A DNA stretch of 64,000 bases from an uncultured Alphaproteobacteria bacterium (GTDB lineage: Bacteria > Pseudomonadota > Alphaproteobacteria > Rhizobiales > Methyloligellaceae): NCBI GenBank assembly GCA_963825835.1, contig CAWGVA010000010.1, forward strand, positions 26,990 to 90,989. The letters are read 5' to 3'. A program made the translations under genes and the position numbers. The notes below the pieces were generated by a model. It ran no database searches and was not told where the DNA came from. It saw nothing but the letters and a program-made list of their open reading frames with translations. Shown here in pieces: positions 36,510 to 47,242 of this stretch. How positions within the stretch are numbered: position 1 is the stretch's first letter; each line of letters opens with the position of its first letter.

Positions 36510-37763
36510 GTGACTGGGCCGAGCGGCAATGCCCGCACGGCTGCCATAGCTTCGCCGGACCTAAAGGCCGCGCGGAGCGAGACCAACGACTGCGGGGATG
36601 GCGGCCCGGCATCAGTCGTGGCCCGAGCGCTGCTTGATGCGCCGGCCGAGGGCCTATTGGGGGCAGCCCAGGGCAAGAGCGATGCGGGGGCACGCGCCCG
36701 GCGCGCGGGAGTTCCGGTTTACGGGGCGCTCGACCTTGGCACCAACAATTGCCGGCTTTTGGTGGCGCGACCCTCGCGCCGCGGTTTTCTCGTCATCGAT
36801 GCTTTTTCCCGCATTATTCGCTTGGGCGAAGGGGTGCTCCGTTCGGGATATCTGTCCGACGCCGCCATGAGCCGCACCATCGATGCCCTCAAGATCTGCT
36901 CCGACAAGATGCGGCGGCGAAACGTGTCGCGCTCGCGCCTGATCGCCACCGAGGCATGCAGGATCGCGGCGAACAGCGGCGAGTTCATCGACCGGGTACG
37001 CCGCGACACCGGACTCTCCCTCGAGATCGTGAGCCGCGAGACCGAGGCGAAGCTCGCTGTCTCGGGCTGCGCGTCGCTGATCGACCGCAATTGCGACTGG
37101 GCGCTGGTGTTCGATATCGGCGGCGGCAGCTCGGAGCTGATCTGGCTCGACCTCACGCGGCTCGCCCGCCCGTGGCGCCGCTCGATCTACGACCGGCTCG
37201 AAGTGCAAAGCTGCATCGCCGGCTGGACGTCACTGCCCATCGGCGTGGTCAATCTTGCCGAGCGGCATGGCGGGCGCGAGGTTGGCCGCGAGAACTATGA
37301 GGCCATGGTCGCCGACGTGATGGCGGCGCTGACAAGCTTCGAAGGCGCCTACCGCTTCCGTGAGCGCATTTCCAAGGGTTGCGCGCATTTCCTTGGCACC
37401 TCCGGCACGGTCACTACTATCGCCGGCATTCATCTCGGCCTTCCGGCTTACGACCGCAGCCGCGTTGACGGCTGCTGGCTCGGCGCCCCCGACGCGCGCC
37501 GCGTGTCGGACGCCCTCATCGACATGAGCTATGCCGAGCGCGTGGCTCAGCCTTGCATCGGTCAGGAGCGCGCCGATCTCGTTCTCGCCGGCTGCGCCAT
37601 CCTCGAGGCGCTGCTCAGGGTGTGGCCGTGCCAGCGCCTGCGCGTAGCCGATCGAGGTTTGCGCGAGGGCATCCTCGCCACGCTGATGTCAGAGGATGGA
37701 CACGGCGGCGCACCGCATCAGCGCCATCATCGTTGGCCCCACGCGGCGACGGGCAGCAGCTAG
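36510..37763 (+). CDS. Ppx/GppA family phosphatase
   Basis: VYGALDLGTNNCRLLVA... and FDIGGGSSEL ASKHA-fold motifs. Start uncertain (GTG at 36510). Confidence 0.8.
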   Translation: MTGPSGNARTAAIASPDLKAARSETNDCGDGGPASVVARALLDAPAEGLLGAAQGKSDAGARARRAGVPVYGALDLGTNNCRLLVARPSRRGFLVIDAFSRIIRLGEGVLRSGYLSDAAMSRTIDALKICSDKMRRRNVSRSRLIATEACRIAANSGEFIDRVRRDTGLSLEIVSRETEAKLAVSGCASLIDRNCDWALVFDIGGGSSELIWLDLTRLARPWRRSIYDRLEVQSCIAGWTSLPIGVVNLAERHGGREVGRENYEAMVADVMAALTSFEGAYRFRERISKGCAHFLGTSGTVTTIAGIHLGLPAYDRSRVDGCWLGAPDARRVSDALIDMSYAERVAQPCIGQERADLVLAGCAILEALLRVWPCQRLRVADRGLREGILATLMSEDGHGGAPHQRHHRWPHAATGSS

Positions 37764-39193
37764 ACATCCACGCGGGCTCCTGTGGTGACCTGTTCTTGCG
37801 CCGTCGCGATGGGACGCGCTGGGCGGGACAGGCTCGCACCGGCGCTCTTCGGCAGCCGCATGAAAATGAAGGCCGATGCGGCAGAGATGAGACCGACGAC
37901 GACGAAGGCCGTGATGAAGTCGCGCGGCTCGACTGCCGTCTCCGCGCGCCCGTGACGCTGGATCTCGAGTACCAGCGCGCCAACGGCGACGCCGGCCGAC
38001 ATCGATAGCTGCTGTGCGACACTGGCAAAGCTCGTCGCCGCGCTCATCGCTCGGGGCTCGATATCGGCGTAAGCGAGCGAGTTGATGCTGGTGAATTGCA
38101 GCGACTTGAAGAAGCCGCCGACCAGGAGCACGACGAGGATCAAACCATGCGGCGTGATCGGCGTGAACAACGCCGGGATGCCGATGAAGACAGCGCTCAC
38201 CACCGCGTTGATCACGAGGATCTGCTTGAAGCCGAAACGGCGCAGGATGGGCGCCGCCGTGGTCTTCATGGCCATGGCGCCGAGGGCGGTGGAGAAGGTA
38301 AGCATGCCGGATTGAAAAGGTGTCAGGCCAAAGCCGAGCTGCAGCAGAAGCGGCAGCAGGAAGGGCGTGGCACCGATGCCGACGCGAAAGATGAAGCCGC
38401 CCACCACGCTCGCGAAGAACGTATCGATCTTGAGCAGGCTGAGATCGAGCAGGGGAGCGGTCGCGGTGCGGGCGTGACGGACATAGAGCCAGCAGGCGAT
38501 GATCCCGGTGACGAGCAGCGAGGCCACCATCACCGGCGGCAACAGTCCTTGGCCAATGGTGGTGAAGCCGAAGGCGAGACCCGAAAGCCCGATGCCTGAC
38601 AGAACGAAGCCCTTAAGGTCGAGCGGCGGCAATCTCTCCTCGCGGAAATTCTGGATGTAGTACGTGGCAAGAATTACGCCGAGGATTCCGATGGGAATGT
38701 TGATCCAGAAGATCCAGCGCCAGGAAACAAAGGTGGTGATGAAGCCGCCGAGCGGCGGCCCGATCACTGGACCCATCAGGGCCGGAATCGTGAGCCAGGC
38801 GAGCGCCGAGATCAGCTCCGACTTGGGCACGGTGCGTAGGATAACGAGCCGCCCCACCGGCACCATCATGGCGCCGCCGATGCCCTGCACGATGCGGAAC
38901 AACACGAAGTCGAGCAACGAGTGAGCAAAGCCGCAGGCCGCTGAGCCCAGGGTGAAGACGACGATCGCTGCTCGGAACACGGTGCGGGCGCCGAAGCGGT
39001 CGGCGGCCCAGCCGCTCAGGGGAATGAACACCGCAAGCGACAAGAGGTAAGAGGTGAGGGCGAGCTTGAGCGCGATCGGGTCTTCGCCGAGGTCGCGGGC
39101 GATGGCCGGCAGAGACGTCGCGATCACCGTCGAGTCCATGGTCTCCATGAAGAGAGAGACTGCGACGATGAGGGTGACGAAGTAGCGGGGCAT
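37760..39193 (-). CDS. MFS transporter, DHA2 (14-TMS drug/H+ antiporter) type
   Basis: About 14 hydrophobic helices. N-terminal FMETMDSTVIATSLPAIARDL and GWAADRFGAR motifs. The ORF is open to 39265. Confidence 0.85.
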   Translation of the reverse strand: MPRYFVTLIVAVSLFMETMDSTVIATSLPAIARDLGEDPIALKLALTSYLLSLAVFIPLSGWAADRFGARTVFRAAIVVFTLGSAACGFAHSLLDFVLFRIVQGIGGAMMVPVGRLVILRTVPKSELISALAWLTIPALMGPVIGPPLGGFITTFVSWRWIFWINIPIGILGVILATYYIQNFREERLPPLDLKGFVLSGIGLSGLAFGFTTIGQGLLPPVMVASLLVTGIIACWLYVRHARTATAPLLDLSLLKIDTFFASVVGGFIFRVGIGATPFLLPLLLQLGFGLTPFQSGMLTFSTALGAMAMKTTAAPILRRFGFKQILVINAVVSAVFIGIPALFTPITPHGLILVVLLVGGFFKSLQFTSINSLAYADIEPRAMSAATSFASVAQQLSMSAGVAVGALVLEIQRHGRAETAVEPRDFITAFVVVGLISAASAFIFMRLPKSAGASLSRPARPIATAQEQVTTGARVDV

Positions 39194-39281
39194 GTGGCAG
39201 GTGTTAGAGGGACGATATGTCGGACATGGGGCCGCGAGCCCCATAGGGTCAAGGGCTTGAGCCAATGCGCCTCATTAACAA

Positions 39282-39995
39282 ATGGTAAGCCGGGGCAAAG
39301 GCGGCGGCGCGGAGCGGCGGGGCGGCAGCCGCAAGCTCGCCGTGAAGCTGCGCACGGCGAAGGGCCGCAAGATCGCCTCGACCCGCTGGCTGCAGCGCCA
39401 GCTCAACGATCCTTACGTCGAGGAGGCGAAGCGGCGGGGCTACCGCTCGCGCGCGGCGTTCAAGCTTGTCGAGATGGACGACAAATACCGCTTCCTCAGG
39501 CCAGGGATGGTCGTGCTCGATCTCGGCGCGGCTCCAGGAGGGTGGAGCCAGATCGCGGCGGAGCGGGTCGGCTCGGCCGAGGGGAAGGGGCGGGTGCTCG
39601 CCGTCGATTTGAGCCCGATCGAGCCGCTCCCAGGCGTCGAGGTGCTGACGCAGGATGTGAGTGCGGGAGATGCGCCCGCGCTTATCGGCGCCGCGCTGAA
39701 AGGCGGCCACGCCGATGTCGTCCTCTCCGACATGGCCGCGCCCGCCACAGGGCACCGGTCCACGGACCATGTGCGCGTGGTGGCGCTGGTCGAGGCAGCG
39801 CTCGATCTTGCCGAGGACGTGCTGAAGCCGGGAGGAACCTTCGTCGCCAAGGTGTTTCAGGGCGGCGCAGGCGGCGAGCTCGTCTCTCGGCTCAAGCGCT
39901 CCTTCGCCAAGGTGCAGCACGTGAAGCCGAAAGCGAGCCGGCCTGAGTCGCCAGAAGTCTATGTCTTGGCAACGGGGTTTCGTGGCGCGAAATGA
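39282..39995 (+). CDS. rlmE: 23S rRNA (uridine2552-2'-O)-methyltransferase
   Basis: WLQRQLNDPYV, RSRAAFKLVEMDDKY and VLDLGAAPGGWSQ motifs of FtsJ/RlmE. Confidence 0.9.
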   Translation: MVSRGKGGGAERRGGSRKLAVKLRTAKGRKIASTRWLQRQLNDPYVEEAKRRGYRSRAAFKLVEMDDKYRFLRPGMVVLDLGAAPGGWSQIAAERVGSAEGKGRVLAVDLSPIEPLPGVEVLTQDVSAGDAPALIGAALKGGHADVVLSDMAAPATGHRSTDHVRVVALVEAALDLAEDVLKPGGTFVAKVFQGGAGGELVSRLKRSFAKVQHVKPKASRPESPEVYVLATGFRGAK

Positions 39996-39997
39996 GA

Positions 39998-40027
39998 AGG
40001 GCCCCCGCGGGATCGCGGAGGCCCTTT
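39998..40027. terminator. GC hairpin between convergent rlmE and the Gly-rich protein gene
   Basis: AGGGCCCCCGCG-gat-CGCGGAGGCCCT followed by TTT. One mismatch. Confidence 0.4.
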
Positions 40028-40050
40028 GACGTCAGGTTAGGCTGTGCAGG

Positions 40051-40812
40051 CTAGTAATATGAGACGCACGCGTTGTAGCGCGACCACCAGTAGGGGCTTC
40101 CCGTGGCGAGCGCCTGGCGGCGAAGCCAATAGCAATCGTCGCCATAGGCATAATAGTCAGGACCGTAGATCCAGACCCAGGCGCCGTTCCTGAAGACCCG
40201 ATGACGGCCATGGTGGTCGAAGTCGTGGCCGTGGTCGCGGTCGCGCTCGGCAAAGCGACGATGATCGGGCCGGTTACGGTCGCCGTGGTCATGGCCGCGG
40301 TCGCGATTGAAGGCTTGGGCATTGCCACGACGGACATCGCTTCTCGGTCCCGAGCGATTGAAATCGCGGCCGGCGTAAGACCGCGGACCGCGATAGGCGT
40401 TGCTGCCACCACCATTGTCGGCGAAAGAGCGCGCGCCGCGCGGGACGCCGCCTAGGCTCGGGCCACCGCCGCCTCTTGCGAAGCCGCGGCCACCGCCGCC
40501 TCCGGAGAGGCCGGGACCGCCACCGCCACCGCCGCCAGAGAAGGCGGGACCGCCGCCACCTCCACCGACATGGCCACCGCCACCGCCACCGCCACCGCCA
40601 CCTCCGCCTCCGCCTCCGCCGCCACCGCTAAATCCACCGCCGCCGCCGCCATGACCGACGAGGATAATGGAGCCAGATGTGTTGCCGGATGTACTGCCGA
40701 GGACGTTCTTGAGATTGATCGGCACGGAGGTCGCCGACGCCGGTCCTTGAACGGCGGGCAGGAAAAGCAGACCGCCCGCCAGAGCGGCCATGGCCGCCAT
40801 GGGTGCTTTCAT
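40051..40812 (-). CDS. Exported glycine-rich protein
   Basis: AAGGAGAATTGTC-ATG at 40812 and signal peptide MKAPMAAMAALAGGLLFLPAVQGPASA. Long poly-Gly tracts, then an Arg/His/Asp-rich region and an aromatic/Cys C-terminus. The track ORF to 41073 is an upstream extension. Confidence 0.6.
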   Translation of the reverse strand: MKAPMAAMAALAGGLLFLPAVQGPASATSVPINLKNVLGSTSGNTSGSIILVGHGGGGGGFSGGGGGGGGGGGGGGGGGGHVGGGGGGPAFSGGGGGGGPGLSGGGGGRGFARGGGGPSLGGVPRGARSFADNGGGSNAYRGPRSYAGRDFNRSGPRSDVRRGNAQAFNRDRGHDHGDRNRPDHRRFAERDRDHGHDFDHHGRHRVFRNGAWVWIYGPDYYAYGDDCYWLRRQALATGSPYWWSRYNACVSYY

Positions 40813-40942
40813 GACAATTCTCCTTGATTCATACGACGGGGGACGGCGGCTCATCCTGCCGGCCCAACGCCGCTCGCCTGAATAATGCGAGAATTGCCCT
40901 GTCAGTTCCAGCCCCGAGAAGACACAAATCCGTGTACGGCCC

Positions 40943-41548
40943 TCAGTCAGCCTTGCCGCGAAGCCTGGCATTCTCCGCCTCGAGCTCAGCAATGCGCTCC
41001 TCGAGCACACCGATGGCGGCGGACACATCTTCGACGAACAGCATTTGCGGGATATGTTGCGGACAGTTCGCATCCCAGGCCTCGACGGTGAACAGGATCG
41101 CGGCCTCGGGACTCGCCCGATAGTCGTCAGGCAACAGACGCGCGATCAACTGAGGGTCGTTCTCGATCACGCGGGCTTGGCCCCAAATCTTCACGCGACG
41201 GCGATTCTGGTAGTCCATGAGGAAGAGCGTGGCGCGCGGGTTCTCGGCGAGATTGCCGGTGCTGATATATTGCCGGTTGCCGGCGAAATCGGCGAAGGCG
41301 AGTGTCGTCTCGTCGATGACGCGCAAGAATCCCGGCGGTCCGCCGCGGTGCTGGACGTAAGGCTGCCCGTCCTTGCTCGCGGTCGCTAGGTAGAACGACC
41401 TGAGGTCCGCGATGAACTTGGCAAGGACGGCGTCGATCTTCGTCTCCCAGCCGCCATTCTGTTCGAGGCGCGCATAGGCGCCGCGCGAGCCGCGGCGCTC
41501 TTGAACGGCCTTTACCGAAGGCGAGAAGGCAATGTCTGTGGAGGCCAT
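40943..41548 (-). CDS. Pyridoxamine 5'-phosphate oxidase-family FMN-binding protein
   Basis: FYLATASKDGQPYVQHRGGPPGFLRVIDETTLAFADFAGNRQYISTGNL... is the split-barrel pattern. Start at MASTDIAF with GGGGGGAG SD. The ORF is open to 41701. Confidence 0.7.
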   Translation of the reverse strand: MASTDIAFSPSVKAVQERRGSRGAYARLEQNGGWETKIDAVLAKFIADLRSFYLATASKDGQPYVQHRGGPPGFLRVIDETTLAFADFAGNRQYISTGNLAENPRATLFLMDYQNRRRVKIWGQARVIENDPQLIARLLPDDYRASPEAAILFTVEAWDANCPQHIPQMLFVEDVSAAIGVLEERIAELEAENARLRGKAD

Positions 41549-41647
41549 GTTGCTCCCCCCTGGTGCAGCCCCCGTAGGGCTGGCTCTACCACGCTTAAAT
41601 GGTGCATTCCGCTCATGGAGAGTATTGCCTATCATTCCAATTGATCT

Positions 41648-41662
41648 TTCCAGATTTCGGAA
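41648..41662. promoter_or_regulatory. Candidate LysR-type operator
   Basis: Dyad TTCC-AGATTTC-GGAA (contains T-N11-A) in the 121-bp divergent intergenic region, 8 nt upstream of the LysR ATG. Confidence 0.3.
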
Positions 41663-41669
41663 TGATGGA

Positions 41670-42584
41670 ATGGACCGCTTAGCCGCCATGCGCGTGTTCA
41701 CGGCTGTCGCCGATGCCGGAAGCCTGTCGGCCGCCGGACGACGCCTGAATATGCCGCTCGCGACCGTCAGCCGTCATCTCGCGGCGCTCGAGGATGAGGT
41801 CGGCGTGCGCCTCATGACCCGCACCACGCGGCATCTCGCGCTCACTGAGCCCGGCCGGCACTACCTTGAGTCCTGCCGCCGCATCCTCGCCGAGCTCGAA
41901 GCGGCGGACCTTGCCCTTGCCGGGCAGCATCTCGAGCCGCGCGGCGAGATTGCCATCACAGCGCCCGCCATGTTCGGCCGCCTCCACGTGGTGCCCATTG
42001 TGGTTGCGTTTCTCGAGGCCTTCCCACAGGTCACCGCCCGGCTGCTGCTCGTCGATCGCGTCGTCGATCTGATCGAGGAGGGGCTCGACGTCTCGGTGCG
42101 GATTGGGGTTCTTCCCGACTCCTCGCTGATGGCGACGCGGGTCGGGGGCATTCGCCTGGTGACGTGCGCGAGCCCTGCCTATCTCGCCAAGCATGGCGCG
42201 CCGGCGACGCCTCTCGAACTTGCCGGGCATGACTGCATCAGCTTCGGGGCCTTTTCACCCGCCGAACGTTGGGTCTATGCCGGCCCGACCAAGTCGCGGC
42301 GGGTCTCCGTGCATTCACGGCTCATCGTCAACACCGCTGACGCCGCGATCGGCGCCGCGCGAGCCGGGCTCGGGGTCACCAGAGTGCTGTCCTATCAGGC
42401 CGAGTCGAGCGTCGCAGAAGGGGCGCTCCGCCTCGTCCTTGAGAACTTCGAGCCTGAAGCTTTTCCTGTGAGCCTGCTCCATCGCGAGGATCGCCTGCCC
42501 CAGGCCAAGGTGCAGCGCTTCATCGCTTTCGCCGCACCGCGGCTCCGTGCGGCACTAAAGGCCCAATCGGGCCGCTCCGGCTAA
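41670..42584 (+). CDS. LysR family transcriptional regulator
   Basis: MDRLAAMRVFTAVADAGSLSAAGRRLNMPLATVSRHLAALE wHTH domain plus LysR substrate-binding domain. Divergent from the PNPOx-like gene. Confidence 0.85.
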   Translation: MDRLAAMRVFTAVADAGSLSAAGRRLNMPLATVSRHLAALEDEVGVRLMTRTTRHLALTEPGRHYLESCRRILAELEAADLALAGQHLEPRGEIAITAPAMFGRLHVVPIVVAFLEAFPQVTARLLLVDRVVDLIEEGLDVSVRIGVLPDSSLMATRVGGIRLVTCASPAYLAKHGAPATPLELAGHDCISFGAFSPAERWVYAGPTKSRRVSVHSRLIVNTADAAIGAARAGLGVTRVLSYQAESSVAEGALRLVLENFEPEAFPVSLLHREDRLPQAKVQRFIAFAAPRLRAALKAQSGRSG

Positions 42585-42679
42585 CAAAGATCGATGCTTC
42601 GCTTCCCAAAGCCAAGGCAAGCTGCTAAAGGAAGCCGCCAACCGGTGGGACGCTTCCCGCCCCGAGATGAGGTTGGCCG

Positions 42680-44194
<1,515 letters not shown>

Positions 44195-44202
44195 GCTTCC
44201 GC

Positions 44203-45144
44203 CTACTCCACGCCGAGCTTCTTGATCTGGTCGATGATGCCCGGTTCCAGCGTGATCGCCTGCTGGATCTCGCGGCTGCCGTCGGTGGGCTTCCCCTTGC
44301 GGCTCTTCACCACGCCAACGCCGACCAGGGCTGACGCATCGTTCTCGTGGATCTTCAACGCCGCCGTGAAGTCTTCCATGGCGTGATCGAGATCGTTCTT
44401 CAGCACATAGATCCAGCCGCGATCGATATAGCCTTTGGGCTTATCCGGCTCCAACTTGATCACTTCCGAGTAGTCGGCGGCGGCGTGTTCATAGTCCTTC
44501 TTCTGGCGGAACAATTCGGCGCGCTTCGAATAACCTTGCGTGGAGTTCGGGTCGAGCTTGACCTTCTGGTCGAGCTCCGTGATAGCGCGGTCGAAATCGC
44601 CCTTTTGCCCGAAGACGACACCGCGCAGCATGTAGAAGTCGCCGCGGCTCGCGTCGAGGCGGATGGCCTCATCGAGATCGGCGATCGACTTGTCGTAGTC
44701 CTTCTTGGCCTCGTAGGCCGCTGCGCGCATGAAATAACTGTTCGGCTGCTTGGGATCGAGCGCCACGGCCTCGTTCATCTCGGTGAGAGCCGCATCGAAA
44801 TCGCCGGTGGCGGCAAGACCGATCGCGCGGTTGCCATGCGCGGCGATGAGCTTGTCGGTGTCCTTCGACCCTGAGGCGAGGAAGGCGGCGCAGGCGTCGA
44901 GCACCTCTTTGATCGAGCCTTTGCCGGTGAAGCAGGGATTGTCCTCCACGCTTGCGGCAGATCCAGGGGAGGCCGCGGCTGCGGCGGCCGGGTCGGCCGG
45001 GACGAGGACTTGCGGCTTCGCCTGATCGGCGGCAGCTTGCGGATCTTCGGCAAACACGGGGGTAGCTAAACCTGCTCCAAGCGCCAGCGTTGCGGCGACG
45101 ATCGCTGCCCGCGACACGACGGCTTTACGCCCAAACACATGCAT
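44203..45144 (-). CDS. Exported tetratricopeptide-repeat protein
   Basis: GGAGGAAGGA SD before the ATG at 45144 and a signal peptide. Multiple 34-aa TPR units (..[14 protein letters not shown].. pattern). Confidence 0.75.
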   Translation of the reverse strand: MHVFGRKAVVSRAAIVAATLALGAGLATPVFAEDPQAAADQAKPQVLVPADPAAAAAASPGSAASVEDNPCFTGKGSIKEVLDACAAFLASGSKDTDKLIAAHGNRAIGLAATGDFDAALTEMNEAVALDPKQPNSYFMRAAAYEAKKDYDKSIADLDEAIRLDASRGDFYMLRGVVFGQKGDFDRAITELDQKVKLDPNSTQGYSKRAELFRQKKDYEHAAADYSEVIKLEPDKPKGYIDRGWIYVLKNDLDHAMEDFTAALKIHENDASALVGVGVVKSRKGKPTDGSREIQQAITLEPGIIDQIKKLGVE

Positions 45145-45330
45145 TCCTTCCTCCATAGACCTAGAATTTCTGAAATTTGGCCTTGTTAAAGCTTCACCCG
45201 GGCGCCGCGTCAATTGAACTTCTCTTCATGAAGCCAATGGCCGCCGCCGCTCACCCTTGGCGGAAATCGAGGGTATAAGAGCGCTGAAGGCCGCCAGGCT
45301 GGCCGCCGTCGGGGGCAATGGGAGGCTTCA

Positions 45331-45759
45331 ATGTCGATGCAGGCCATGCTGATGCCGGTATTCGCGCAAGTCGCGCTGACCTTCGTGCTGCTGTTCTGGA
45401 TGCAGTTCTCGCGGATGCGGGCCATTCGCCGGGGCCAAGTTCCCGCCCATTCGATCGCGCTCAGAGAGCCTAACTGGCCGCCGCGCGTGACCCAGATCGG
45501 CAACGCCTACCACAATCAGCTCGAGACGCCGCTCCTTTTCTATGTGCTGATCCTGCTCGCGCTGGTGACGAGCACCGCTGATTCCATCCTTTTCGTGCTC
45601 AGCTGGCTGTTCGTCGCCTCGCGCTTCGTGCACGCCTATATCCACCTGACCAGCAACCGGATCGACCGGCGGGCGCCGGTCTTTCTCGTCGGCGCCATCG
45701 GCCTTGCCCTCATGTGGATCATCGTTGCCGCCCGCCTGACCATCGCCTTCACCGGATGA
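45331..45759 (+). CDS. MAPEG family membrane protein
   Basis: 142 aa with 4 TM. HNQLETPLLFYV and ASRFVHAYIH motifs are typical of bacterial MAPEG. Confidence 0.75.
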   Translation: MSMQAMLMPVFAQVALTFVLLFWMQFSRMRAIRRGQVPAHSIALREPNWPPRVTQIGNAYHNQLETPLLFYVLILLALVTSTADSILFVLSWLFVASRFVHAYIHLTSNRIDRRAPVFLVGAIGLALMWIIVAARLTIAFTG

Positions 45760-47051
45760 CCCCAGCGGCTCGCGCCAGCGCGGCAATAGAGGTTCTCGCC
45801 GATATCGCGCTGCGCAAGCGGCCGGCGGCGGACGCGCTCAAGGATTGGGGGCTCGCCCACCGCTTTGCCGGGTCAGGCGACCGGGGCGCCATCGGCAATC
45901 TTGTGTTCGATGCGCTGCGCCGGCGCGCCTCCAGTGCCTACGCCATGGGGGAAGACAGCCCGCGGGTGCTCGTGCTCCGCACCCTCGTTTCAGGTTGGGG
46001 CACGGCCCCGGAGGCGGTGGAGGCGCTCGCCGATGGCAGCCGCTTTGCGCCGGCGCCGCTCACGCCGCCGGAACTTGAGGGCCTCAAGCGCGAACTCTCG
46101 GCCGATGCACCGGCCTTCATACGAGGCGATTATCCGGAATGGCTCGATCCGCAACTCCAACTGGCCTTCGGAGCGCAGGCGGCGGAAGAGGGGGCAGCGC
46201 TCGCCACCCGTGCGCCCGTAGACCTTCGCGTCAACACGTTGAAGGCCACGCGGGACAAGGTGCTGCATGCGCTCCGCCGCTTCGATGCGGCGCCCACGCC
46301 CTACTCACCGCTTGGCGTGCGCATTGCGGCGGGCATCGGCCCAAGCCGAAGCCCCCATGTCGAGGCAGAGCCGGCGCATGGCAAGGGCTGGTACGAGGTG
46401 CAGGACGAAGCGTCACAAATCGCGACGCGTCTCTCGGGGGCGCGACCGAAGGAGCAGATCCTCGATTTCTGTGCCGGGGCCGGCGGCAAGACGCTCGCCC
46501 TCGCTGCCGCCATGGAGAATACCGGCCAGCTCTATGCCTATGATGCCGACCGCATGCGGCTTCGGCCGATCTTCGAGCGCCTGAAGCGGGCAGGGGTGCG
46601 CAACGTTCAGGTGCTCGATCCGGGCAACACCGAAGCTCTCGCGGACCTCGAAGGCAAGATGGACCGGGTGATCGTCGACGCGCCCTGCACCGGGTCAGGC
46701 GTGTGGCGGCGGCGCCCCGACGCGAAATGGCGGTTATCTCCGCAAATGCTCGAAGCGAGGCTTGCCGAGCAGCGTGCCGTACTTGATCAGGCAGCACGTC
46801 TGGTGAAGCCCGGAGGCCGGCTTCTCTACATCACCTGCTCGGTGCTGCCGTCCGAGAACCGCGACCAGGTCGACGCTCTTATCAACCGGTTTCCCGAGTT
46901 CGGCATCGTGCCGTGGGCTCCGCTGTGGGAGCAGGCGGCATTCTCTGCTGCACCGCCGCAATCGGCCGACCGGTCGGCTGAAACGTTGTTGATGACCCCC
47001 CGCAGTTTCGGCACCGATGGTTTTTTCCTGTCCATGCTGCAGCGCAAATGA
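45756..47051 (+). CDS. RsmB/NOP-family SAM-dependent RNA (cytosine-C5) methyltransferase
   Basis: DFCAGAGGKT SAM motif, DAPCTGSG and TCS catalytic Cys motifs. ATG overlaps the MAPEG stop (ATGA). Confidence 0.85.
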   Translation: MTPAARASAAIEVLADIALRKRPAADALKDWGLAHRFAGSGDRGAIGNLVFDALRRRASSAYAMGEDSPRVLVLRTLVSGWGTAPEAVEALADGSRFAPAPLTPPELEGLKRELSADAPAFIRGDYPEWLDPQLQLAFGAQAAEEGAALATRAPVDLRVNTLKATRDKVLHALRRFDAAPTPYSPLGVRIAAGIGPSRSPHVEAEPAHGKGWYEVQDEASQIATRLSGARPKEQILDFCAGAGGKTLALAAAMENTGQLYAYDADRMRLRPIFERLKRAGVRNVQVLDPGNTEALADLEGKMDRVIVDAPCTGSGVWRRRPDAKWRLSPQMLEARLAEQRAVLDQAARLVKPGGRLLYITCSVLPSENRDQVDALINRFPEFGIVPWAPLWEQAAFSAAPPQSADRSAETLLMTPRSFGTDGFFLSMLQRK

Positions 47052-47242
47052 GATCCGCCAAAGGTCGCTTCGAGCGGTCGATCGGCGCCACGGCCACGGT
47101 CCCAAAAAATTTGGGACGCGACGCCATTACCTCTTGAAATCAACAAGAGAGTCGCTGAAATGACTCGCGCTTTTGACGGACGCAGAAAAGGCGGTCGGCG
47201 CCTGGATCGTCCATCGAGTCACCGAAGGGGGATGTAGTCCCG

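Noticed and set aside
40400-40654. Poly-proline ORF (PPPPPP...) and poly-Ala/Val ORF 40452..40652.
   Set aside because: These are other frames and strands of the GGN-repeat tract. The minus-strand Gly-rich frame has an SD, a signal peptide and a defined C-terminal domain.
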